DNA from: a virus
Strand: one strand, 5' to 3'
Virus record (IMG/VR): IMGVR_UViG_3300029240_000023
Span: 1 to 42,513 of that record
Length of the DNA stretch: 42,513 nt
The notes under the pieces were generated by a model. That model was given only the letters and a program-made list of their open reading frames with translations. It did no database searches and was not told where the DNA came from. The position numbers were made by a program, and so were the translations under genes. Positions 24,124 to 32,859 of the stretch are shown in pieces; within the stretch, counting starts at the first letter, position 1; each line of letters starts with the position of its first letter.

Positions 24124-24297
24124 TCATTCCTCCTCAACATCGGTACTCTTTTGGGAACCAGTAGGAGCAGACAGCTCCTGCACCACTTCCTCAACGGCCT
24201 GCATACTGCCCAGCATCCTGTCCCAGTTTTCCCGGCCTGCGACCTGAACGCCCTCAAGGGTATTCAGGACTGCCCTGAGTTTCATTACAGGGTTCAT
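24124..24297 (-). CDS. Small protein, 57 aa, ending at a TGA in frame with the tail fibre ORF
   Basis: Codon-by-codon hand translation; ATG 6 nt after AAAGGAG. Confidence 0.5.
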   Translation of the reverse strand: MNPVMKLRAVLNTLEGVQVAGRENWDRMLGSMQAVEEVVQELSAPTGSQKSTDVEEE

Positions 24298-24300
24298 TTT

Positions 24301-24546
24301 CTACTCCTTTCCCAGCACGACGCGCACCGCGCCGGTTTCCGGTACGATAGCGATTATCTTCGTATATTGGGCGGCGTACTGCCCTTCCCACCACATTTGC
24401 ACCGTCTCAGCGGGGTTTGCAAATACCGTGGCAATCGTCGCCAGGGATTCCCCGAGAATACGGATGTTTATCTGCCCCACCAGGGGAAAGGGGTTGAAAT
24501 AATCGCAGTCGAATTCTTTGCCTGTTGCGGTTTTCAGTTTTTCCAT
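24301..24546 (-). CDS. Hypothetical tail-module protein, 81 aa
   Basis: ORF in the tail operon. Confidence 0.7.
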   Translation of the reverse strand: MEKLKTATGKEFDCDYFNPFPLVGQINIRILGESLATIATVFANPAETVQMWWEGQYAAQYTKIIAIVPETGAVRVVLGKE

Positions 24547-24573
24547 CGAAACCTCCTATTATAATCAGTCATA

Positions 24574-25770
24574 TCAAATCCATGTTAGGTATTTTATAGA
24601 TACTGTTCCGCCGTTTCCATCCCTGAACGATGTAGAAGCTATAGCTATCGTATGGCCTCCAATTACCAGTCCTTTATCTTCGGTTGATAAACTAGGCGCT
24701 GTATTCCATCCATTGAACACGCCATTTGCAAAATCCGCATACCCAAGGGAGGTGTTGATACCGCCGGATACTGCGTAATTGCCGATAGAACCGCCATATA
24801 TCTGCCCGCCGTAGCCGCCTGAGATACTGCCGGAAGTAATGCCGCCGCCGTTGAAATAGCCATCGTCGCCGCCATAGTCAATTCTTCCGGCGCTGACGCT
24901 TCCCCGGAAATAGCCATTCTCAGCGTACAGATTCCCAGTCGGCGTAATCTGCACGCCGTTAGCCTCAGAGCCGCACTGAATTCCGTTGACACCAATGTAA
25001 ATACCCCGGCTGTTGGTGCCGTTCCAGACCTGATTGTTATAGCTGAGGTAGTCGGATTGGATATCAAGACCGCCGATTTTGCCGCTTAAGGCGATGAACT
25101 TTCCACGGACTTCTGCACCGGATTTGGTGATCCGGAACACCGTGGTATTGTTGGCCTTGACCGTCCAGGAATCGTCAAGCAGCTCCCAGCCGAAGGACGA
25201 ACTACTACCTCCGGTTTTGGTCACCCGCGCGGAGATCTGGTCACTCTGAATGTCCAGCCGCGAGGTGAGTTCATCTCCCTGTTCGATACGGGCAGAGACT
25301 TCGGCGGAAATCTGGTCGGCCTGAATTTTCAGTTGCGCCCGGGTTTCTATAAACTGACGTTCTACCTTACGTGTTTCGTGGGATTTATAGGGAACGGATT
25401 CGTCGATTTCCTCAGAGCCGGGGGCGGAAACATCCGCGCGTATCATTTTCCCGTAGGACTTTGACACGCTGTAAATGCCGCCATAGGTTCCATCAACCTG
25501 AACCGCGTCTCCAATCTCCGCCGCCGGGTCTAAGATTGCGCCTGTAGCCGTATATGTTTGGTAGGAATAGCCGTTGATTCTGGCCAACATATCGTTTGCC
25601 ATTTTTTGAGTTCCGAAAGGGTTTTCGGAGATCAGTTCCTTGCCGCTGTCTGTACCCGCCGTATACTCCACGCCGTCAGCAACCTTCAACGTGACGCGGC
25701 TGTACGCGCTGAGTGGGTCTGATATTTTCAGGCTGTCGGCGGCAGACCCGATGATGAACTTATCAAACAA
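24574..25770 (-). CDS. Tail tip / minor structural protein, about 399 aa
   Basis: TTG start 9 nt after GGAGGTG with an 8-nt overlap on the upstream stop; coiled coil and Gly-rich C-terminus. Confidence 0.75.
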   Translation of the reverse strand: MFDKFIIGSAADSLKISDPLSAYSRVTLKVADGVEYTAGTDSGKELISENPFGTQKMANDMLARINGYSYQTYTATGAILDPAAEIGDAVQVDGTYGGIYSVSKSYGKMIRADVSAPGSEEIDESVPYKSHETRKVERQFIETRAQLKIQADQISAEVSARIEQGDELTSRLDIQSDQISARVTKTGGSSSSFGWELLDDSWTVKANNTTVFRITKSGAEVRGKFIALSGKIGGLDIQSDYLSYNNQVWNGTNSRGIYIGVNGIQCGSEANGVQITPTGNLYAENGYFRGSVSAGRIDYGGDDGYFNGGGITSGSISGGYGGQIYGGSIGNYAVSGGINTSLGYADFANGVFNGWNTAPSLSTEDKGLVIGGHTIAIASTSFRDGNGGTVSIKYLTWI

Positions 25771-26545
25771 GGATTCTGACACCTCCAAACGTGATCGCTC
25801 TGTTATCGCTTCCGCCAACAATCAGATAGTTGGTTTCCTTCGGAAGCCCCGTGAGCGTGACCAGCATCAATTCTCCGGTGGCCGTCATAGCCCAGGAGCC
25901 GGTGTACATTGCGCCGATGTAGCCAATGACCTCACGGCAGCTGTACCCGGCAGGGTACGGGATTTCGTAGCCAGAGGTGACGATTTGATATACCCGGCTA
26001 TCCAGCGAGATGCCGACTGCATCGGAAATCTCTTTCAGAACTTTAATGTCACTTGCAGGCCAGTTAAGTGAGGATTCTGCCGGATAGTCTTCTTCCAGAA
26101 GAAGCATTCCGTCATATCCGTGGAGCGTTAGTTTTGTCCGGTCACCGATTTCTCCTTCGCTCCGTTTGTCAATGTAATACTTTCCTTGTGGCAGCCATTC
26201 AGAGGCGGCATTCTCATTTGCAGCTCTGATATATGGCCGAAGAAGCGCACGTTTTGGGATATCACCATAGGGATGAATCATTTCAACGTTGATCTCACTG
26301 GCGCAGGTTTTTCCAACGTCAGGAGAATCGGAAAGAAGCGGTTGCTTCTGCTCCATGGATATCAGCAGTTCTTCACCGTAGCCGGTTTCGGCGCCACCGC
26401 TATCTACCAGAATGCGCACTCCGCCGAACGTGATTGCGCTTCCGCTTTTGTCAATTAGCTTTCCGGTATCACCGATGCAGAGACGGTTTTCAAACCAGTG
26501 GTCGCCAGCTACAATGTCCCGGTATGCCTGTGATACGTTCTGCAT
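25763..26545 (-). CDS. Tail tip protein, 260 aa
   Basis: ORF downstream of a Dit-like gene; carries the duplicated AITFGGVRILV peptide. Confidence 0.75.
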   Translation of the reverse strand: MQNVSQAYRDIVAGDHWFENRLCIGDTGKLIDKSGSAITFGGVRILVDSGGAETGYGEELLISMEQKQPLLSDSPDVGKTCASEINVEMIHPYGDIPKRALLRPYIRAANENAASEWLPQGKYYIDKRSEGEIGDRTKLTLHGYDGMLLLEEDYPAESSLNWPASDIKVLKEISDAVGISLDSRVYQIVTSGYEIPYPAGYSCREVIGYIGAMYTGSWAMTATGELMLVTLTGLPKETNYLIVGGSDNRAITFGGVRILV

Positions 26546-26554
26546 AAGCGCCCG

Positions 26555-26923
26555 TCACCTCTCAATCAGGGGAAAGGTAATGCCGCTCCACCAATCGTCT
26601 TCCGGCTTCTCTATCAGGAAAGATGCAGGGTTATTGTTGGAGTACATGGTCACATTGTTGCGGTACCCGCTCATAGGGTCGTAGTAGTCCACGGTCACAT
26701 ATTCCGGGAGAATGGTATGCAACACGGTCATAGCTTCCTCGGCCTTTAGCGGGCGGCAGGTGATGTCCAGACGGATTTTGGTTGTCACCCGGCCACGTTG
26801 CATTGTTCCGTCCATTGTGCGCCCGGAATTGGGTGCGTCAATGTCGTTGCGCTGCCACTTTACGCCCTGTTTGGCGATGAACGGCATGAAGTCCACGCCG
26901 TTTATCTTGAGCATCATCTTCAT
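26555..26923 (-). CDS. Short distal-tail (Dit-like) protein, 122 aa
   Basis: Position immediately after the tape measure gene; beta-rich sequence. Confidence 0.6.
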   Translation of the reverse strand: MKMMLKINGVDFMPFIAKQGVKWQRNDIDAPNSGRTMDGTMQRGRVTTKIRLDITCRPLKAEEAMTVLHTILPEYVTVDYYDPMSGYRNNVTMYSNNNPASFLIEKPEDDWWSGITFPLIER

Positions 26924-26943
26924 GCCGTTTTCACTCCTTTCGC

Positions 26944-29900
26944 TTATCCATACATTCTTGCGTTCCTGCGCTGGGCATCCCGGACAGCCCGGTCAAAATC
27001 ATATCCGCCGCCACCTCCGTTGTCCTGATTGCGCATTTCCGCAATAATCTGCTGAGCGACAGCATACAGGGCGTTGATGAGGTCTTCGTTTCCTTCACGG
27101 GTAGCCGTTGCGATACCCTCAACAATCTGGTCATTGTTGGCAACAGCCGTTCTTCTGCCAATAGAGCCAACCATTTCTGCGCCCGCTTCACGGGCTATAA
27201 AGAGTTGGCCTTGGTCTACAAAACCGCCGTCGGCAAGCATCGGAATTTGAGGAACGCTAATTGTTCTCAGGCCTGCAAATGGCGAATATCCGGCAATGCT
27301 GAAATTCTTGAGATCACTTAAAATGCTGTTGATTCCGCCGAATATCCAGCGCAGTGCAGAATTGAGTGCAGATATTACGCCATTCAGTGCTGCTTTTACT
27401 GCGCCAACCAGCCCGTCAAATACCGTCGCCACAGCTGTTCTCAAAGGCGTTAAGAAATGGGTGTTAATGTAGTTGTATGCAGTCAAGAAGCCATCGCAAA
27501 TCTTCGCCCATGTGTCGGAAGCCCACTTCGTTATTCCGTCCCAAAGGGAAGAAAACAGGTTAGAAAGCGGCTGGATAACGTTTGTATCGAACCAGTTCCC
27601 CACTTCGTAGAAGGTGTTTTTTATCCCAATCCACGCATCACTTGCCCATACTCGAATATCTGACCACAAATTGGAAAAGAACTCTCCAACAGGGACAATA
27701 ATGTCTGTTTCGACCCATTGTGTAAATTCTCCCCACGCGTTTGTGATGCTTTCCCATGCGCTAACCGCCCACTCGGATATATTCGTCCACAACTCGCTAA
27801 AGAATCCTGCTACTGGCTGAATAACGTTTGTGTCCACCCATTCGGAAGCAATCCCCCAAACAATTTTTATGGTTTCCCATGTTCCGTTTGCAATCACTCC
27901 GATGTTGTAGAAAACGTCCTCAAATGTCTGACTTACGCTTTCCCAGAGATCAGAGAACCATGTAACAGCGGGGGAAAAGAAATCTGTAATTTTTTGCCAC
28001 GCCCCACCAGCCCAAGTTGAAACATTCATCAACAGCTCTGAGAGAAAGCCAGATACTGGCTGAATTATGCTCACATCGAACCATTCCGCCACATCTCCGA
28101 AAGCACCAGAAATTGATTCCCAACACTTGCCAGCAGTGCTTGAAATGTCTTCCCATAAGCCAGAGAAGAATTTCTCAACAGGCTTAACGACATTGGTATT
28201 AAACCATGCAGAAACGCTCCCCCATGTTTCTGTGATAGAGCCCCATACCCCGGATAGTAATTCCCCTATAGAGGAAAAAGTTTCCGAAAACCAAGTACTA
28301 ATTTCATCCCATTTCTGGTAAATTAGAATGCCAAGGTCTGTCAGTGCGCCTACTGCTAGGCCAATCAATGCGCCTATTCCGGTGCCAATCGGGCCTCCTA
28401 TGGAGCCAATAATGGCACCGATTCCAGCGCCCGCCATTGTTGCCCCGGCAGGAACCAGCAATCCATTCAAGATATTCAGGCCATTCATGATTGCGTCGTA
28501 TACACCGGTAACGAACATTGGGATTCCAGCAACAATTCCACCGATAGCTGCCCCGATAAGCCCTGTGCTTATCGTTCCACCACCAGCTGTGATTGCCTTT
28601 GCCACGGCGCTTTCCCCAAACGCTTTTGCTATAAACTGCCCGATGCCCTTCCCCAAAAGTCCGGCACCAGCTGTTCCAGTAAGGCCACCAAGAATAATTT
28701 CTCCGAAATTGAAACTGTTGAGCTTTTTCTCGATAGCATCTTTGATGCCGCTGAACTCGATTGTAAATCCTGTGGCGGTTAGAATCACGCCTGCGGAAAT
28801 CGTAAGCGGAATGGAAAGGCCGTTTTTCCCAAGCGTTTTGAGCGCCATAATTCCGTTAAGGAAATTGTTTGACAGCTTCCATGCAAGTAGCGCAATTCCG
28901 ATTGTGGCAATAAGCTCCAGGATCTCTTTCAGATTGTCCTTAACAAAGGAAACAAGCGGCTCCAGTTTCTTTTTCCACTCGTCAATCTGCGTGGTTACTG
29001 CATTTTTCAGGAAATCGTACCCCGGCAAGTCTAAGCCAAGGTCTCCACCGCCTACACCGGCTCCGCTTCCGCTGCCGCCCTGATTCTGGTCGGGGAGGAC
29101 ATTCAGTTCATCAAACCCGGCAAGGTATCGTTTCAGTTCCTTGGCAGACCCGGCGGCACTGTCCATGTTGTCGGCAATGGCACCGCTCCCGGCAGAAGCG
29201 CTCCCAATCGCATCCCCCCATTTCGGGGACTTTACCGTTACCCCGAACAGGGCGGCAATGGCCGCTATGATTTCCTGCAAGGCGCTTGCCACGGCAATAG
29301 CAATTGGCAGAACCTTCGTCAGAATCGGAATAAAGATGTTTCCCACGGCACGTGCGGCTTGTTCCAGCTCCGCCCGTAGTACCCGCAGCATGTTTGCCGG
29401 ATTTTCCAGCGTCCGCGCCATATCTCCTTGCACCTGCGTTACCTGCGTCATCATGGCGTAGTACCGCAGCTGGGATTTCTCCGCCTGCGTCATGCTGGAA
29501 ACGCTCTTGTCAATTCCAAGATTCAAGCGTTCCTGCTCCAACCGGGCAACAGACAGGTCGTAGCCCAGCCGCCGCAGAGGTTCGAGTTCTCCGGAAATAC
29601 CGGACTGAACCTTCTGCATTGCCGATTCAAAATCGATATTATAGAAGGAGGCAAGGTCATAACCCAACTGCGTCAGGTTCTTGGCCATGAACGCTGCCTT
29701 GTCACCAGCCACACCGAAACCTGTGATAATGGTGTTAAAGACGCCCTGATTCCGCATCCATTCAGCGGGGTCAATGCCCATTACCTCAGAAACCTTCTGG
29801 GCGTAGTTATAGGCTTCTTCGGCGTACTTTCCCATTGAAACGGTGAACAGGTTCAAATCCTCCGTATACTGGGACGATTTTGCAATTGCGATACCCAGGA

Positions 29901-30603
29901 GCTTTGCCGCCGCCCGGTATATGGCCGCAAAGCTGATTGCTTTGAGCGCACTGCTCCAAGCATTTGTGCTTGTGGTTGCCCGCCTTACCGTACCGTTGTA
30001 CTGCTCCGTCGATGTAATCAGCCTTTGAATTCTGCTTGGAAATGCCGAAAACCCGGAGGAAACCTTGTTCATTTCGTCAGCAAACGGTTTCATGGCCGAA
30101 GCCAAGTCTTTCATCTGCTGAGTGAACTTGCCAATGTCCGCTTTTTCAAGCTCCTGGATGACCTCTGGCAGCTTTTTCAGCTGGTTGATGAAGGAAGTCA
30201 TATTAGACCGGCCAAGCTCGGACAGAGGCTGCAATCCGGATGCCAGATTCCGCAGTTTTTCTCCGGGGGTGTCCGGCAGATTGGTGATTGCCTGATTGAT
30301 GGCCGCCAGCTGGTTTCCGATGGACGCGGAGATTTTCAGGCTATCCGTCTGGTCTTTCAGATTGCCCAGGGAGCTGCTAATGCGGTTTATCTTGTTCGCA
30401 AAATCGCCGGTATTCATGTTGTTCACGGCATTCTTGATCTGCGAAATTCCCGCTGCAACTTTGGAAAGGGCAGTTGTGGAACCGCTGATGGATGATTTCA
30501 GCGCCGCCAGTTTCTTGGCCAGCTGCTCTACACCCGCAGATGCCGCGGCACTGTCATTCACAATCTGAAATTCAATGCCCTGCATTTCCACATTGTCAGC
30601 CAT
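26944..30603 (-). CDS. Tape measure protein, 1219 aa
   Basis: Size, position after the G/G-T genes, Gly/Ala-rich TM-like block, and Trp-rich tandem repeats. Confidence 0.9.
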   Translation of the reverse strand: MADNVEMQGIEFQIVNDSAAASAGVEQLAKKLAALKSSISGSTTALSKVAAGISQIKNAVNNMNTGDFANKINRISSSLGNLKDQTDSLKISASIGNQLAAINQAITNLPDTPGEKLRNLASGLQPLSELGRSNMTSFINQLKKLPEVIQELEKADIGKFTQQMKDLASAMKPFADEMNKVSSGFSAFPSRIQRLITSTEQYNGTVRRATTSTNAWSSALKAISFAAIYRAAAKLLGIAIAKSSQYTEDLNLFTVSMGKYAEEAYNYAQKVSEVMGIDPAEWMRNQGVFNTIITGFGVAGDKAAFMAKNLTQLGYDLASFYNIDFESAMQKVQSGISGELEPLRRLGYDLSVARLEQERLNLGIDKSVSSMTQAEKSQLRYYAMMTQVTQVQGDMARTLENPANMLRVLRAELEQAARAVGNIFIPILTKVLPIAIAVASALQEIIAAIAALFGVTVKSPKWGDAIGSASAGSGAIADNMDSAAGSAKELKRYLAGFDELNVLPDQNQGGSGSGAGVGGGDLGLDLPGYDFLKNAVTTQIDEWKKKLEPLVSFVKDNLKEILELIATIGIALLAWKLSNNFLNGIMALKTLGKNGLSIPLTISAGVILTATGFTIEFSGIKDAIEKKLNSFNFGEIILGGLTGTAGAGLLGKGIGQFIAKAFGESAVAKAITAGGGTISTGLIGAAIGGIVAGIPMFVTGVYDAIMNGLNILNGLLVPAGATMAGAGIGAIIGSIGGPIGTGIGALIGLAVGALTDLGILIYQKWDEISTWFSETFSSIGELLSGVWGSITETWGSVSAWFNTNVVKPVEKFFSGLWEDISSTAGKCWESISGAFGDVAEWFDVSIIQPVSGFLSELLMNVSTWAGGAWQKITDFFSPAVTWFSDLWESVSQTFEDVFYNIGVIANGTWETIKIVWGIASEWVDTNVIQPVAGFFSELWTNISEWAVSAWESITNAWGEFTQWVETDIIVPVGEFFSNLWSDIRVWASDAWIGIKNTFYEVGNWFDTNVIQPLSNLFSSLWDGITKWASDTWAKICDGFLTAYNYINTHFLTPLRTAVATVFDGLVGAVKAALNGVISALNSALRWIFGGINSILSDLKNFSIAGYSPFAGLRTISVPQIPMLADGGFVDQGQLFIAREAGAEMVGSIGRRTAVANNDQIVEGIATATREGNEDLINALYAVAQQIIAEMRNQDNGGGGGYDFDRAVRDAQRRNARMYG

Positions 30604-31395
30604 TCCCTTCACCGCCCTTCTTCTCAAATTTCTTGTTGATGGATACCATAAACATCTCCATCATGGCTTTCGCCTTTTTGTCGCTCTTTTCCTGCTGGGT
30701 CAGCTGCTTTTCTCCACTATCCGCCGCTTTCCGCTGCCCAGTGTGCAGCTCAAATGGTTGCTCCCGGTAGGGAACCGGCTTCGGAGGCTTCTTGCTGAAA
30801 CTGAACCGCAGAACCGGGGCGGCATCCAGAAGGGCTTCATAGTAATAAGCCCCTTGCATCCACATATCCTGATTCTTCAAGTCCCGTTTGATCTTGTCAG
30901 CCTCCCGGTAGGCTTTCACCAGTTCCACGTCCTGATTCCAGAACTGGTCATAGGTCATTCCGATTGCAAGATAGTACGGGAATAACTTCTTGAAGATATT
31001 TGTGTAAGCGTAAGAGGGGGTAGGGGTCTCCCCACCCCCTCCGTTTTCGGAAAGAAGTTCGCTTACTCGACTGCTTCCCAGCCGGGGTTTCCCTCGTTTT
31101 CCTCTTCATCATCGGAAAGCAGGGTGTACACGGCCTCGGAGTACATTTCCGTCAGCGCCTTTACCAAGCCAGTCTTATTGCTCAGACCGTCGTAAATCTT
31201 GTTGATGGTAGCAACCTTGGTGTTGGGATGATTGGCCGCGAAAGCGCCGCTGAACAGCATGGGAATCATGGTAGCGGGCTTGTCGCCAAGCTCATTGATG
31301 GAGAACCCGGTCTTCTCCATGGCGGAAACCGTGGAGCGGGTGAATTCCAGCGTGTACTTCTTGCCGTTGTAGGGAATGCAGATTTTCTTAGCCAT
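30596..31395 (-). CDS. Tail assembly chaperone G-T fusion made by -1 programmed frameshift
   Basis: The -1 frame is open from just upstream of the slippery site through 30596. It reads through a protein-like YAYTNIFKKLFPYYLAIG stretch into track ORF 30596..30958. Confidence 0.6.
31063..31395 (-). CDS. Tail assembly chaperone (gpG-like)
   Basis: Position between the major tail and tape measure genes; acidic C-terminus; slippery site near its 3' end. Confidence 0.8.
   Translation of the reverse strand: MAKKICIPYNGKKYTLEFTRSTVSAMEKTGFSINELGDKPATMIPMLFSGAFAANHPNTKVATINKIYDGLSNKTGLVKALTEMYSEAVYTLLSDDEEENEGNPGWEAVE
31087..31093 (-). promoter_or_regulatory. Slippery heptamer G GGA AAC in the G zero frame
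   Basis: Frame checked: GGA codon starts at 31092, and 31395-31092=303. Confidence 0.65.
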
Positions 31396-31434
31396 CGCTA
31401 ATCCTCCTTAAAAATGTGTGGTCTGTGTTTTGGC

Positions 31435-31869
31435 TCAGGTCGCGTCGTCCAGCTCAATGGGCGTGGACGGGGCAATGGAAATGTTCAGGTCTACAACCTC
31501 GTTGACGCCGCCGCCGGTGGGGTAGCAAGTCAGCTGACCATCGAACTTGAACTTGCCGTCAGAGCCGGTAGGGGTCAGGTTCGTGCCGTCACCGGTTCCG
31601 CCGAACCACACAGCGTAGCTCTCGGTCTTTCCGTTGAGAGCCACCAGCTTCTTGTAGTCATCCAAGGTGTAGTTCGCCGTGAAGGAGAGGGCATCCAAGG
31701 ACTGGATACCGGCGATGTAGGTCTGCATCTTGTCAGACAGGGTAGTGGTTTCCAGCATCTCCGGATCGCCGCCCAGATCAGGGAATTCCTTGATGTCAAT
31801 GAGCTTTTCGTAGGTGTTGCCGGTGGTTCCCTTTTTCATCAGGAAAACTTTATACGTGCTTATGGCCAT
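31435..31869 (-). CDS. Major tail protein (TP901-1-like)
   Basis: Size, position and beta-rich sequence upstream of the chaperone gene. Confidence 0.75.
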   Translation of the reverse strand: MAISTYKVFLMKKGTTGNTYEKLIDIKEFPDLGGDPEMLETTTLSDKMQTYIAGIQSLDALSFTANYTLDDYKKLVALNGKTESYAVWFGGTGDGTNLTPTGSDGKFKFDGQLTCYPTGGGVNEVVDLNISIAPSTPIELDDAT

Positions 31870-31890
31870 GTTTAATCATCCTTTCGTTGT

Positions 31891-31952
31891 AATAAAAACG
31901 GGCTGCCTCCTGTGAAGCAGCCCTTCGGCTCTCTTTCCGCCCTTGCGGAAAG
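31891..31952 (-). promoter_or_regulatory. Three-hairpin RNA element, copy A, 5' of the major tail gene
   Basis: H1 31933-31940/31945-31952. H2 31919-31922/31927-31930. H3 31900-31906/31917-31923 plus a T-run. Shares AGCCCTTCGGCT with copies B and C. Confidence 0.6.
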
Positions 31953-31963
31953 GTAAAGCATAT

Positions 31964-32365
31964 TTACCTGCGGTAAATTGTTCCGCCGTCCGTCTCCGCC
32001 CGATACCGGGCTACCAGACGGTAAATCGTCCCGTTTTCCATATTCGGAACAGGGGACAACGAAATTCGCGTGAAATTCCGTTTGTAGAGCATTTCGTCTA
32101 TAACGCCCATAATCTCCCGGCATACGCTTTTCTTGCTTCCTGCCTTGTCGGAGTACACATTGACTTCGTACATCAGCGTTGAGAACTTTTCCCGGTCGCT
32201 GCTGTCCAGCCTGTTCGCGGACATATAATTGTCCTGCTCTACGATGCTTACATAGGGGAATTTTGGAGGAGCGTTCACATATTCGCCGGATACCGCAATG
32301 CCCTTGAAGCGCTTTCGCAGAGCCTCGGCAATGGGGGTATAGATCAGCTTTTCAATATCAGTCAA
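31964..32365 (-). CDS. Tail completion / terminator-like protein, 133 aa
   Basis: Position in the head-tail joining block. Confidence 0.6.
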   Translation of the reverse strand: MTDIEKLIYTPIAEALRKRFKGIAVSGEYVNAPPKFPYVSIVEQDNYMSANRLDSSDREKFSTLMYEVNVYSDKAGSKKSVCREIMGVIDEMLYKRNFTRISLSPVPNMENGTIYRLVARYRAETDGGTIYRR

Positions 32366-32859
32366 GCCCTGAACACCTCCATAACGATTCTCGGAAGCTC
32401 CTGCTCAATCGCTTTTCTCGCCTCATACATGGGCATTGCAGGAGGATTTCCGTATGTGTGGCCGCCGCCCTTGTCTTTGGGCAGATACCAGCCTTTGGGG
32501 TCGTCCCAATGACCTTTCCCGTCCGGGTAGGTGCCAGCCCCCATGCCAAACTCCGACGCTTCCGGGTGCCCGGTTCCGTAGGTGATACCGGCTCCAAATT
32601 CAATGAAAAGGACGGATTCCCCATCGGCATTTACGGCGTAACCATTCGGGATTGCCACGACGGACACGGTTGCATCCCTCATCCCGGTGTAAACAGCCCG
32701 TGAGAACCGAATGGAAGCCACAGAAGCACCCAGCATTGCCAGCCTTTCGGCCAGTTCCTTTGCCTTGTCCTTCTGCCAGCGTTTGTATTCCTTCAATTCG
32801 TCCTGAATCTTCTGGATGCCGGAAACCGACAGTGGAACCACGATTTTCTTGTAGCTCAC
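32362..32859 (-). CDS. HK97 gp10-like head-tail joining protein
   Basis: FIEFGAG motif and position. Confidence 0.6.
   Translation of the reverse strand: MSYKKIVVPLSVSGIQKIQDELKEYKRWQKDKAKELAERLAMLGASVASIRFSRAVYTGMRDATVSVVAIPNGYAVNADGESVLFIEFGAGITYGTGHPEASEFGMGAGTYPDGKGHWDDPKGWYLPKDKGGGHTYGNPPAMPMYEARKAIEQELPRIVMEVFRA

Noticed and set aside
24124-24126. Genome-wide reassignment of TGA (code 4 or 25) to explain the in-frame stop
   Set aside because: The other long ORFs (the 1219-aa tape measure, terL, portal, integrase) are uninterrupted, and TGA is used as an ordinary stop with ATGA-type coupling at many gene junctions.
28328-29083. Long plus-strand ORFs antisense to structural genes (for example 28328..29083, 33984..34898, 18831..19925, 20427..21170)
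   Set aside because: They are Pro/Gly/Ala/Arg-rich mirror-frame artefacts of GC-rich coding DNA on the opposite strand. Each lies entirely inside a well-supported minus-strand gene.
31014-31041. GC hairpin as the stimulatory structure for the G/G-T frameshift
   Set aside because: It starts 45 nt after the slippery heptamer, while stimulators normally lie 5-9 nt downstream. I kept it only as an observation.
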